This document shows, in pieces, positions 27,060 through 39,545 of a stretch of 64,000 nucleotides of DNA. Each line of letters starts with the position of its first letter. The stretch's first letter is position 1. Origin of the DNA: Octopus sinensis (taxonomy: Eukaryota); assembly GCF_006345805.1 (NCBI RefSeq), contig NC_042998.1:193874001-193938000 (forward strand), given 5' to 3'. The notes beneath the pieces are model-generated. The model had not been told where the DNA came from and did no database searches. It was given only the letters and a program-made list of their open reading frames with translations. Made by a program: the position numbers and the translations under genes.

Positions 27060-27690
27060 TAAAAAAATTTTAAAAAGGAAAGAAGTAAGTATACACAGTA
27101 TACACTAAAAAAGAAGGGACATATGCATAGCATATCGGCAGGGAGGATGATAGCGGGGTGGCCCTCCTGATACAGGATGACCTCTAGAGATAATCGAGGA
27201 ACCCCACTGTCCGAGATTTTCCTCAAACCCCTGGAGCAAGTGCGCTCTCCAATTCCTTCTCTCCGACTCACAGGTCTACACTAAGAGAGGTACTATCCAC
27301 TCTTGCCATTTTCGCAACTTTCACCCACCTTCAGTAAACTCACTCGAGACATCACTTCCCTCTCCACTCTCAATTTCCTTTTTCAAGTGAAACTTGAAGA
27401 AGTCAATAAGAGATCTAACAAAGAGGAATGTTTCTGTCCTCATAAACAACCATGTCCACCAAATGACCTCTTTCGCCACAGCAACTAAGCAAACGAAAAC
27501 TGTCTTTCCTGCCCGATTCAAAGAGGGCAGCGGTGCAATCATCTCTACCCACAAGTCAGCAATGCCCGGACACTGAACGAGGGCATGTAGGACGGTTTCG
27601 TCACTCTGCGAGCACCTCAGACAAGCCCGTCTGACTGCACATCCGTGCCTGAAGAGTTTGTCTCGAATCGGTAGCGCCCTATCCCCCGAT
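27060..27690 (-). mobile_element. L1/Tx1-clade LINE 3' fragment
   Basis: ALPIRDKLFRHG..CLRC..DETVLHALVQC zinc knuckle and VAKEVIWW motif. Confidence 0.8.
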
Positions 27691-27787
27691 AACACCCCTT
27701 CCCCGGTAGCACCCCATCCCCCGGTAGCACCCCATCCCCCGGTAGCACCCCATCTCCCGGTAGCAACCCATCCCCCGGTAGCACTGC
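27669..27787. repeat. 18-bp GC-rich tandem repeat (about 5 copies) at the Tx1/Dong junction
   Basis: Unit cccggtagcaccccatcc. Confidence 0.9.
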
Positions 27788-27789
27788 CA

Positions 27790-28551
27790 GGCCAAGTCAG
27801 GCCGAGACAGAAACACTCATATGCGCAGCTCAAGAGCAAGCGTTAAGGACCAACTATGTTAAATGCTGAGTAGACAACATACCGACAGTGACAAATGCAG
27901 AATGTGTAGTAAGAGGGGTGAAACGGCATGGCACATCATTAGCGAATGCCCGAAATTTGCACAACGCGACTACAAAAGACGCCATGACAATGTGGCAAGA
28001 ACGAACCATTGGCAGCTTTGTGGAAATCATTGCCTACAAAGAGCAAAGACGTGGTATGAGAAAACCCCAGGAGTCACCGAGAAAGAGAATTGCAAAATCC
28101 TGTGGGATGCAATGATCCAGTGCGATCACCTGATCAGACATAGGAAACCGGATATAGTTATGGTGAATAAAAAGAAAGAACATGCATGATAATCGGCATA
28201 GCCTGTCCTGGTTACAACAGGATCAATGTGAAAGAAGAAGAAAAAATAAACAACTATGACGATTTGAAGTGGGAAATACGAAGGTTGTGGTCAATGAAGA
28301 GAGTAGACATGATACCAAGAGTAATTGGTGCACTTGGAAGTATCAGCACTCAACTACCAACATGGTTGAGAAAGATTGGTGCAAGTGAGAATGTAGAATA
28401 CCTACAAAAATCAGTACTGCTTGGAACTGCAAGAATTCTTCGCAGGGTTCTTGAAGCATGACCAGTAAACAAGTATCACCTTAGTCTGCTGGCTTTGGAG
28501 AGCTGACACTTTCCATCATACCTAGCAAAATAAGCTGGGAGTTTTAATCAC

Positions 28552-28608
<57 letters not shown>

Positions 28609-28612
28609 TATA
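27790..28612 (+). mobile_element. R4/Dong-clade LINE, 5'-truncated 3' end with (TAA)n tail
   Basis: AQEQAL motif; CCHC (CRMC..ETAWHIISEC); restriction-like endonuclease (ILWD..IQCDH.I.HRKPDIV); LQKSVLLGTARILRRVL; (TAA)n tail at 28552-28612. Confidence 0.9.
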
Positions 28613-28615
28613 ATA

Positions 28616-28795
28616 AGCTCAAAAAGGCTGTAAAAGGAATTCTTAGAAGATTGTCACAAACGACACAAAAACTTGTCAATAGCCTGGATAGACTATAAAA
28701 AAGCTTTTGATAGCCTACCACATGGCTGGATTAAGAAATGTCTGGAAATGTATAAAATAGCGCCTACTCTGCCAACCTTTTTGAGTGTAAATGAG
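28616..28795 (+). mobile_element. R4/Dong-type reverse transcriptase fragment
   Basis: Frame reads LEDCHKRHKNLSIAWIDYKKAFDSLPHGWIKKCLEMYKI. Confidence 0.85.
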
Positions 28796-28844
28796 GTGTA
28801 AGTGAGGTGCTGCTGTTTTATTTGTTGAGCGAAGCGGTCTTCGT

Positions 28845-29170
28845 CCCAGTGGGAGAAGTCCGAAACGTGGTCCTTTGCTATTCGTAAGACCCGCAGAAGA
28901 GAGAAAGCAGGTCAACCCCCGACATCGAGAGCATCGACGGATGGCTGGATGCGCATCCAGGCTCAGCGGCTGCGTAGGAAGTCGGGATAAGAAACAGGAA
29001 GAAAGAGTGAGAGAAAGTTGGGGCGAAAGAGTACAACAGGGGTCGCCACCACCCCCTGCCGGAGCCTCGTGGAGCTTTAAGTGTTTTCGCTCAACAAACA
29101 CACACAACGTCCGGTCTGGGAATCGAAACCGTGAGTCCGCTGCCCTAACCACTGGGTCATTGCGCCTCAA
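28845..29170 (-). mobile_element. SINE family C, alternative tail (another copy at about 51978-52340; partial at 46600-46735)
   Basis: Same head and body as 42966-43352; different 3' portion, shared with 51978-52140. Confidence 0.82.
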
Positions 29171-29655
29171 CGGGTGCTGCTGTTCTAGTTGCTGGTGATA
29201 ATGTCGGTGATGTGGTGGTGGTGGTGGTGGTGGTGGTGGTGGTGGTGGTGGCGGTGATGGTATCGTTATGGTCGTTGTTGCTTTTATAGTTGTTTGTCCC
29301 CCTGCGGACCTATCTCTAATCAATAAAGTTCCAGATACAACCAACCCATCCGTTTGTCAGTACACTCCTTTTCTAAGAAGATGAAGTGAGGTTTGGGAGT
29401 GATCTGGCTGCTATTTCCAGCAGATTGAACGTTGTATATTTGCGCGGTAAGACAAACGAAATACATCTAGCGAAAAATCTGAACCGGATCTTGGCAAAAC
29501 TCTACGGTGCCTTTGTTGATTGTAAAAGATATTCAACAGTAATGCGTGCATAACTCTCGGTCAACGAGACGAAAGGTTGGAGAGAAATATCACTGCACGA
29601 CTAAGTCCACCTACGTCTATGTAAAGCATCTCAGGTGATACGACTATTATCTTAC

Positions 29656-29888
29656 CTCTGTTAATTAGTTGCAATGCAGAGTGACGAACAATACATTGGA
29701 TTTCAATCTTCTTTCTTACTATTTGTCTTTCTGCTTTTCTGAGGCTGGAAATTTGGCCGTAATAGACATGAGTCGTATCAAGCAAGAGAGATTCGTTTCT
29801 TATCGACCTAATGTTGCAGAAACGAAAGATAAGCCTCGTCCCCGTGGATCCGGCTGCTTCACGAAAGGCTTTGCAAGTTAGCTTCTCT
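29656..29888 (-). CDS. Candidate internal exon of unknown gene, possibly a ZP-N (zona pellucida) domain
   Basis: ttccag|233 nt|gtaaga; open frame EKLTCKAFREAAGSTGTRLIFRFCNIRSIRNESLLLDTTHVYYGQISSLRKAERQIVRKKIEIQCIVRHSALQLINR. Cys spacing and the THVYYGQI / IVRKKIEIQC segments resemble ZP-N. Non-repetitive sequence. Confidence 0.4.
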
Positions 29889-30629
29889 CTGGAAATTAAA
29901 CTCATCAAAAAATTTTGAAAAGATACAAATGTGTGGTACTGTTAATAACAGCTTGTTTTGTTTTGTGTTTGTAGTTTTCGAAGTTGTTTTTTTTTATATA
30001 ATTACTGTCTTTAATACGTTAATTGGTTACTGCGAATTAAATGCATTTTTTCCATTTATACAATTTTTGGAATACGATTTAACAACTTGAAGCTCTGAAG
30101 GTAAAGTAAGAAATGTACCACTTTTAAAACTAGATCCTGGTTGCAGGTAGTGTAATGCAGGGTTTCTCATAAAAGAGGATTAGGGCTGGCGAGGTTGTCA
30201 GGATTAAAAAGTGAGAGGACAATTCACCAAGTTTAATAAGTATAATTGGCTTTAACACCTTTTTTGTATTTTTGTATTTCTGATGAAATACACCGCCTTT
30301 GTTTCGCTTTGAAAAGAGCGTGGTGTTTCGAACATAAATTAGCACGAAATTTTAATAGAAGATTTTAAACAGTTTGCTTAAAAACGTTGAGTTTTATAGA
30401 ACCAAAGGCGGTTCACAGGTAAGTTGGTAAATACGTTCAACACCATGGCAAAAAAAAGAACAATGATATAGAAGCAAACCCTATCGTTTTCTCATTAGTA
30501 ATATGGTGGGAATAAAACTTAGATAAACTTAGATATGTTTCGATCAAAGATTGGTCCAGGCCATGTCTAACTTAATAGTACCACCTGATAGGATTATCTA
30601 AATCCTGTTTAAGTCAAGTTTTATTTATG

Positions 30630-30860
30630 GTCCATTTAAAGTAGTGAGTTCTTGTTGAGTGAGTTGTATCCAGGTATGGGTGGCTTATCCGGTATTCCTT
30701 GAAGAAATCTGTCCAGACTCCGTTTAAAAGTGATGGGATCCTTTCCTCTTTGATCTCTTTCGGGACAAATGATGAGATTTTTCACTTATATTTGCCGGCG
30801 ATGGTGCTGGGTATTTATCAGTTTGCGAACCACTGGTGAAATGTACTCTGGCTAAAATCA
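30630..30860 (-). mobile_element. CR1-type LINE 3' end (different family)
   Basis: P.EIKEERDP..FK.SLDRFLQGIPDKP..GY motif. Confidence 0.65.
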
Positions 30861-31179
30861 CAAACTACCATCTCGAGGTAATGCCATTATACTGTTACCT
30901 GTATAACGTCATGTTACAGTGTAATTACACTGTGTAATTACACCTGTAGATGACGTCTTGTCATAGCAATTGACATTACGATGCTCTCCGTATGACGCCA
31001 TGTTACTGTGTAATAAGGATATCTTGATATCTGTGTATGACGTCATGCTACTAGATAATGATACGATGTTCATATCACTGCATAAAATCGTATCACGACC
31101 TAGTGACATAACCTCATATAGTAACACAACAACGATAGCTGTATCGTAAACTATGTCACACTATAATAACACGCACTAA

Positions 31180-31795
31180 AGCGGCGAGCTGGCAGCAACG
31201 TTAGCACGCCGGGTGTAATGCGTAGCCGTATTTCGTCTGCCGTTACGTTCTGAGTTCAAATTCCGCCGAGGTCGACTTTGCCTTTCATTCTTTCAGGGTC
31301 GATAAATTAAGTACCAGTTACCCACTAGGGTTGATGTAATCGACTTAATCCGTTTGTCTGTCCTTGTTTGTCCTCTCTGTGTTTAGCCCCTTGTGGGTAG
31401 TAAAGAAATAGGTATTTCGTCTGTCGTTACGTTCTGAGTTCAAATTCCGCCGAGGTCGACTTTGCCTATCATCCTTTCGGGGACGATTAAATAAGTACTA
31501 GTTACGCACTGGAGTTGATGTAATCGACTTAATCCGTTTGTCTGTCCTTGTCTGTCCTCTCTATGTTTAGCCCCTTGTGGGCAATAAAGAAATAAGAATA
31601 GTTAGTACGCTGGGCAAAATGCTTAGCGGCATTTCGTCAATCTTTACGTTCTGAATTCAAATTTCACCGAACTAGATTTTGCCGTTCATCCTTTCAGGGT
31701 CGATGAAATAAGTACCAGTTGGGCACTGGGGTCGATTTAATCGACTCACACCCACCTCCCCGAAATTGCTGGCCTTGTACCAAAATTTCAAACCA
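31180..31795 (+). mobile_element. SINE family A dimer plus alternative-tail variant
   Basis: Family A head, repeated body restarting at ggtatttcgtc, then a variant unit. Confidence 0.85.
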
Positions 31796-31975
31796 TTATA
31801 ATAACACTCGTTATAACACTTGTACAAATGTCTGTATATGGTATCATATCAAGTCGTAATGGAATTATAGCGGTCTCTGAATTGACGTTATATCATGACG
31901 TAATGGCATACAGCTTTATCTGTATCTGACGCTACCTCATGTCGTAGTGACACTAATACCAGTATCTGACCTCAA

Positions 31976-32357
31976 TCTCTATATATATAAAGCTGAAGTT
32001 GTCTGTGTATGGCATGTTTGGTAGCTTTCAACTAACACTATCTCCTCCGAGACCCTGCGGCACAACTTGACCAAAATTGAGAGTATGATAGAAGAAGGCT
32101 TGCTCTTCCTTCCATAGAAGAAAAAATTCAAATCGGACCATGTTAACACCAAAAATTATTTACATCAAAAAGGTGCTTTATTTTCTATAAAAATCCCTAT
32201 TTTGTACGATTTTTTTTACTGCTGTGTCGCCTTCTTTCGGTGTATTTCAACCAGAAAAAATGTTCGCTTAAAGAGAATAACAAGCTACATAACTTTTCAA
32301 AAGTTCCAGTTCTAAAGGGTCGAAACAATCCCAAGCAACGCCGGGCGATACTGCTAG
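31976..32357 (+). mobile_element. Non-autonomous Helitron
   Basis: 5' a|TC(tc)tatatata; 3' cccaagcaacgccggg hairpin then ctgCTAG|t; near-identical copy at 39153-39545. Confidence 0.8.
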
Positions 32358-32729
32358 TAAATCTTAAAACCCTAACAAACGTCACGGAATATTATTCTAT
32401 TTTTCCATTAGCGTATTGCCCCATTGGCCTATTGGTTCATTCTCGACTCGATCCCCAGATTCCATACATTTTGCTACGATGCTTTCTTATATATATATAT
32501 CTGATATTGTTATATTCTTTTTATTTATTGAACATTCGATTTCTTTCTCATATTTAATTCCAATCGGAATCTTTTATTTGCATCGAGCTTATCTACCTTT
32601 CCCCCTTTCATATATATATATATATATATATAGGGAGATGTACTTGCATAGCAAGGGATTTGATCTGAGATCGTGTGCTGAAACGAAAACAATTGCAGCG
32701 TGGCTTACAAACACCTTCCACGCTGCAGT

Positions 32730-33151
32730 TATATATATATATATACATATATGTATATATGTATATATGTATGTATGCATGTATATACAGAATATGCTTA
32801 TATATATACACACACTAACACACACATTTATTCATCATATTTATATATACGTACATACTTGGATACACGCGCACACATACACACACACACACTTTCGCGC
32901 GCGCACACATGTACGTACATATACACATGTGTGCACACATATATACATAGACATATACATAACATTATTTTCGATTTATATCTATATTAGATACTTTATT
33001 TATAACATTACTAATTTGCATCATTCATGCTTCACTATTTTCCCCGAGTTATACGTACATACTTTCCTATATATATATATACATACATATATGTGTGTGT
33101 GTGTGTGTGTGCATCATTGGGTATATACATGCAAACATATATATTTGTATG

Positions 33152-33217
<66 letters not shown>

Positions 33218-33218
33218 A

Positions 33219-33268
<50 letters not shown>

Positions 33269-33484
33269 CATATATATATACATACATATATATGTATGTG
33301 TGTGTATATATATATATATACACATATATATATGTATATCATATATATATACATATATGTATATATGTATATATATATATACATACATATATGTGTGTGT
33401 GTGTGTGTGTGTATATAGAAAGGATTGTTCTCAAGAAAATTTAGCAATTTATATGTATGTAATCTATATATATATATATATGTG

Positions 33485-33515
<31 letters not shown>

Positions 33516-33535
33516 GTATATATATATATACGATA
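32730..33535. repeat. (TA)/(CA)/(TG) compound low-complexity region
   Basis: Direct reading. Confidence 0.9.
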
Positions 33536-34584
33536 CACAGTAGTGTATAATTTCCTTCCACCATTTTTCACTCTTACATCATAATTCTTTCTAATTGCCT
33601 TTTGATGTTCGCATAGAATCCCTTTGGAATTTTACCATCTCTTTCATTTGCAGTCCACTGTCTCGTTAGGGCTTTGACTCAAGTGATACTACTGAATAAA
33701 CAGTTGCGGAATAAACCGAAAGTAAGAAGAATCGTCGATATTTTTGTTGTTGTTGTTGTTGTTGGTGCTGGTGGTGGTGTTGTTGTCATTGCTGTTGTTT
33801 TCGTTTTTGCTTTTTGTGCTTGGTTTGCTTATTTTTGTTGTTTTTTTCTTTCTTGTTCTAAAAAGGTTATATTCAGTATGAAACATTATTGAGACTTCGA
33901 TATTTACAGAAAATTTACGCGAAGCAAGTAAAGAATTGTGTTTTTAAAACATAGCGCTGTAAATATATCCTATAGATTTTTGTTTATTTTTTTCTTTTTC
34001 TACCATAAAATAGACGAATCTAAAACTTGCTGTGAGGAAAATAGCATACGAAGGTAATTTTCACTGGACTACAATTATTCATATCTTTATAATCAACATT
34101 TCGAGACATGCACACGTACGCAAATGCATGCAAATGAAGCCCAAAATGATAACCAAATATCTAAATATTTCCCTTTGTCATAGAAACGTCATATTCAAAG
34201 AAAACGTTATGTTTATTAATCCTTTAGTTTGCTTTGGGTTGTTGTTGTTGTTCTTCTTCTTGTTCTTGTTTTGCTTTGAGAATACTGAATCTAAAATTAG
34301 AGAAACTTGCCTGGTCTTTAATCTCTTATGCAATTCTTTTGCTTTGCATACTACCAATTGGTCGCTTGCTGATTTCAATTATGTTGGAGGAGAAGATGGT
34401 AAATATAAATAAATAGAAATAGTTATGTTGCGTGTTTTTTGCTGCAAGGCAAGCCCGCGGCTAAGATGATCTCTTAACCAACAAATGTGTCTTTAACGTT
34501 TCATCTTGGTAGCCATCATATCTCATTCATATCTATCTTACCTTTAATGGCTGCCGTAGAGTAGAAGATGAGCAGTTTCCAGTC

Positions 34585-34612
34585 TGTAGTGGTGGTGGTG
34601 GTGGTGGTGGTG

Positions 34613-34662
<50 letters not shown>

Positions 34663-34687
34663 TGTAGTGGTGGTGGTGGTGGTGGTG

Positions 34688-34718
<31 letters not shown>

Positions 34719-34875
34719 GGGGTTGTTGTTGTTGGTGGTGGTGGTGGTGGATTTGTTGTTGTTGTTAGTGGTGGTGGTGGTGGTGGTGGTGGTGGTGATG
34801 GTCGTCGTCGTTGTCGTGCTGGTGCTAGTCGTACTAGTGGTGGTGGTGGTGGTGGTGGAGGAGGAGGAGGAGGAG
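34585..34875. repeat. Compound (GGT)/(AGT)/(GTT)/(GAG) microsatellite
   Basis: Direct reading. Confidence 0.95.
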
Positions 34876-35226
34876 CTGTTTAACTTCAAATCAGCCCTGA
34901 ACTGGCTGAGCAGCTACATGATCTCAAAGACCTTCCAGCAATCACCACACTGTCCAAACAAAAAACAAAGAAAAGCGTTCACTCATATTGCCTCAGGATG
35001 CAAATTGGGGCAGACATAGTTAACATAGTTATATTGTTAAAATTTCGTTTTGCAATCATGTAATTCTGGATTTCACCCTACCACGTTGTATCGTAGGCAA
35101 GTACCTTCTTCCAAAGCCTTGGGTTGACCCAGAGCTTTTTGAGAGAAATTGGACTGATGGAGACCGTGAGGAAACACTCCAAACTATTTCGCGTATTTGC
35201 CTTAATCCGCCACTACATTTAAAACC

Positions 35227-35464
35227 AATACCTATTTCTTTACTATCCACAAGGGGCTAAACACAAAGGGGACAAACAAGGACAGAGAAACGGAGTAAGT
35301 CGATTATATCGACCCCAGTGCGTAACTGGTACTTATTTAATCGACCCCGAAAGGATGAAAGGCAAAGTCGACCTCGGCGGAATTTGAACTCAGAACGTAG
35401 CAGCAGACGAAATACTGCTAAGCATTTCGCCCAGCGTGCTAACGTTTCTGCCAGCTCGCCGCCT
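35227..35464 (-). mobile_element. SINE family A
   Basis: Complete monomer ending gccagctcgccgcc on the plus strand. Confidence 0.85.
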
Positions 35465-36019
35465 TAGGTATCTTTGATGGAGTGGCTTTTGCATCAAACA
35501 TTTGATCTCCCGGTATTTCTTTAGTCATGACTCCTTCTCCTTCCCCAGTAGTGTAACTTAAGTGGGGAGAGAGCAGACCGTCCGGACGACGCTTTTATGG
35601 GAGCGGCACTTTCGGGTCTGCTGTATAAACAGTATAGGCTTGGGGATCCAGAGGTCAGCAAACACAAAGGCTGAACCGGGTGGCACATACTCTAGCTACG
35701 CCACTACTATTCCCGAACGCCATAAGTGGGAGCCCTTCAAAAAGAATGTGGGCATTGCTCTTTTACATCTGCCTAACCCAATACATTGTGTGTTCCCTTT
35801 TTAAGACGGCAGAGGCTTGTTTTAAGGTGATTTGGCTGCTATTTCTAGTAGGTCAGTGTCCACGTAGAGATTCCCTTTATGGTTCGTCGGCAACATAGTT
35901 TCGGTTGTCTTTTGAAACTATTCCATTCCATCTACGCCATTGGTGCTGCTGTTAAGAAAGCCTTGAACATCTACCAATATCTTAAATATTTAAAGTTCCA
36001 CGCCTACCTAGAGCAATAG

Positions 36020-36497
36020 GAAGACATGGCTGTGTGGTTGACAAGCTTGCTTCCCAACTACGTGGTCTTGAGTTCAGTCCCATTAGGCAATACCTTAGGC
36101 AAGTGACTTCTGCTATAGCCCAACGCCGACCAAAGCCTTGTGTGTGTATGTATGTATGTATGTATGTATGTATGTATGTATGTATGTATGTATGTATGCA
36201 TGCATGTATGTATGTATGTATGTATGTATGTATGTATGTATGTATGTATGTATGCATGCATGCATGTATGTATGTATGTATGTATGCATGTATGTATGTA
36301 TGTATGTATGTATGTATGTATGTATGTATGTATTATGTGTGTATGTATGTATGTATGTATGTATGTATGTATGCATGTATGCATGCATGCATGTATGTAT
36401 GTATGTATGTATGTGTGTATGTATGCATATACGTATGCATGTATGTATGTATGTATGTATGTATGTATGTATGTGTGTATGTATGTATGCATATACG

Positions 36498-36528
<31 letters not shown>

Positions 36529-36980
36529 GTGTATGTATGCATGTATGCATATACGTATGTATGTATGTATGTATGTATGTATGTATGTATGTATGTGTGT
36601 ATGTATGTATGCATATACGTATGCATGTATGTATGTATGCATGCATGTATGTATGCATGCATGCATGTATGTATGTATGTATGCATATACGTATGTATGT
36701 ATGTATGTATGTGCGTATGTATATATGCATGTATGTATGTATGTATGCATGCATGTATGTATGTATGTATGTATGTATGTATGTATGTATGTATGTATGT
36801 ATGTATGTATGTATGTATGTATAAATGTGTGTGTGTATCTACGTGTATGTCTATGTTTGTGTTTGTCCCGCTTGGTAACTGGAGTTGGTTTGTTTACATC
36901 CAAATAACATAGCAGCTCTGCAAAAGAGACCGATATAATAAATATTTGTCTTCAACCATAAATATCAGTGTCAATTTGCT
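36020..36980 (+). mobile_element. Degenerate SINE family B with ~700-bp (TATG)n expansion
   Basis: Head at 36020-36139, (tatg)n at 36140-36830, tail after 36830. Confidence 0.75.
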
Positions 36981-37369
36981 CGACTAAATCCTTCAAAGCA
37001 GTTCCCCAGCATAGCCGTAGGCCAATGACTGAAAAAAGATCCAATTCTGATAATTACAACACCATACTGATTTAAGAGAGACGATATATCAGTAAACAAA
37101 AAGCTTATCAGTCATATATTTCCATCGTCAGCTGCCTGGCAGATATCACTATGATTTCGATACACATGTATGCATATGCATAGTTACATCACTTCATAAA
37201 GGTATGTGTATGCATTTGAGGATGAATGGATATGCATATGAGTGAACTGAACTATGCATGCATATGTATAGTTGTATTATATATGTGTGTGTATTTGTAT
37301 AATATATATTTGTGCACATTTTGTGGGTATACACACATTTGTATATACATAAATATATAAACATATATA

Positions 37370-38246
37370 CGTGGTCTGATCAATAAGTATCCGGGTTGTT
37401 GCCATAGTAACGAAGTTAAAACACGCAGAGTGAAGCTGCTTGGCACAGATCGACCTTAAACCCTCGTGTGCATACGCACTAAGTTTTAACCTTCTAGCTC
37501 ACTTCTGCCGTTTACAGCAGAGCTTGGAAGAAAGATGAGTAACGTGTGATCGTCACTTTGACCATGACAAAGAAAGTTGAGAAGAAAATCTACATCAAAT
37601 TTTGCCAAAAGCTTTGCAATACCTACTCAGAGGCCTACGCAAAATATTTAAAAAGTTTTCATCGTTCTCGACACAATCAAGGAGATCTTGTGCAACTGAA
37701 ACCCGAGTGTCTTTTTGGTCAGCTGAAAGCAGTTTTGGCACAAACTAGGCAGACACGCGTCTCATACCCAAATCTTCAGTGATACTGGACTGAAATGAAC
37801 CGTAACTAATCTGCACATCCTCTGATAACTCCGGGATGGTGATTCGACGATTTCCCCTCACAGCTGCACACACACCTGCGAAATTTATCTCAGTTCTGCT
37901 GGTTGCGGGTCGTCACTATCGACATTTTTTTCGGTCATCTTAGAAATGTCTGAACCACTCGTACACTTGTGTGCGACTCAAACATCCCTCTCTATACACT
38001 TTCTGCAACTTTGCGTAGGTTTCTGAGCAGGTAGCGCCATGACAACTTTGTCTGTCGTGGTCAAAGCGACGATCACACGCTACACACCTTCCTTCTAAGC
38101 ACTGCTGTAAACAGCGGAAGTGGGCTAGCACGTTAAAACTTAGTGCGCATACACAACAGTACTCAGGGTCAATCTTTGCCAAGCGGCTTTACTCTGCATG
38201 TTTTAGCTTCGTTACTATGGCAACAGTCCGGATTGATCAGGCCTCA
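37370..38246. mobile_element. Tc1/mariner derivative made of two left ends in opposite orientation
   Basis: TA at both flanks. The minus part (38246-37655) encodes mariner N-terminal motifs (ETYAKLQKVY..CLSRTQVYEWF, RRITIPELSEDV, LGMRRVSA*FVPKLL). The plus part (37370-37655) is a shorter copy of the same 5' end. Confidence 0.85.
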
Positions 38247-38339
38247 TATGTATTTATACACGTATGCATATATATATATATATATATGGATGAAAAGGAA
38301 CACACACGAGTTGATATATATGAAAAAACAAGTCAAGAT

Positions 38340-38540
38340 AGAAAATGCTAAAATAATTTTATAAAGAACATTTCAGTACCGGTTTCAGTCATTTGAGACC
38401 TTTTCAACTGTAACAATTAAATAATTAAATTTAGAAAAATTAAAAGAAAAGTTTTTTTTAAAGAATATTTGTATAGTGTTCAAATATAAGTGGCATTTTC
38501 CTTGTTTCTGCCTTTCTCTGTCTCTCTTATTTACACTTGT
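38340..38540 (-). mobile_element. Degenerate hammerhead-bearing element
   Basis: Minus 38410-38374: CAG-UUGAAAA-GGUC:GACU-GAAAC-CG-GUA-CUG with an ACCGGU palindrome; flanked by TA-rich tracts. Confidence 0.4.
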
Positions 38541-39152
38541 GGGTTCGAGGACGTTGTGATATATATATATATCTAAGAATAACTTCAGTTAATAAAGATT
38601 TTACATCCTCAATTTCAATGAGAGGGCTTAGATCAACCTGAGACCACGATAGAAGATATTTGTCTAAGATGCAGCCCCGTGAGATAACAAAGAGAATTGC
38701 TTAACCACGCAACAACGTCTACGCTCATCTTTTCCATCAATATCTTAATATTTGAGGAGGTTATCTTTTGTACAACAGTATTCGCCATGATTTTTGAATA
38801 AACCCTTAAAAAAATTTTTTTATAATTGTCAACATTTTGACAGTTTCTCTGTAACATTTAATTACACATTAACCCGCTTCTATGAATCCAATTAAAATTT
38901 AAAGTAAGTTGGCTAATTAAAGAATAGCATTCCAGACTTTTCTACACAGCGTTTGTTTTCTTCTTTAGATCGCTTTACGCTTAATTAAAGCCAATGTTTC
39001 GAAGTCTAAACATTTGATAAAGGAATTCTACTTCTGAAAATTCAATTAAAGAGTATCCCCCGCGCTAAAACTATCGTTATGTTGTTTTTTAGATTGTTTT
39101 AGCCATAACGGCCAAAACCATGCTAGAATGCTACATTCAGTTACATGACTAA

Positions 39153-39545
39153 TCACTCTATATATAAAGCTGAAGTTGTCTGTGTATGGCAGGTTTGGTA
39201 GCCTTCAACTAACACTATCTCCTCCGAGACCCTGCGGTGCAAGTTGACCAAAATTGAGAGTATGATAGAAGAAGGCTTGCTCTTCCTTCCATAGAAGAAA
39301 AAATTCAAATCGGACCATGTTAACACCAAAAATTATTTACATCAAAAAGGTGCTTTTTTTTCTATGAAAATCCCTATTTTGTACGATTTTTTGACTGCTG
39401 TATCGCCATTTTTCGGTGTATTTCGACCAGAAAAATGTTCACTTAAAGAGAATAACAAGCTACATAATGCAAAATTTTTACTTTTCAAAAATTCAAATTC
39501 TAAAGAGTAGAAACAAACCCGGGCAACGCCGGACGATACTGCTAG
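39153..39545 (+). mobile_element. Non-autonomous Helitron (second copy)
   Basis: Colinear with 31976-32357; ends cccgggcaacgccggacgatactgCTAG|t. Confidence 0.8.

Noticed and set aside
31180-31270. tRNA genes
   Set aside because: A/B-box-like heads continue into SINE bodies with TSDs; no complete cloverleaf was found.
36058-36912. HTYI/MYVC-type ORFs (also at 4566-4986, 13332-13896, 24644-24969, 26617-27027, 32416-33584, 34533-35019)
   Set aside because: Microsatellite translations.
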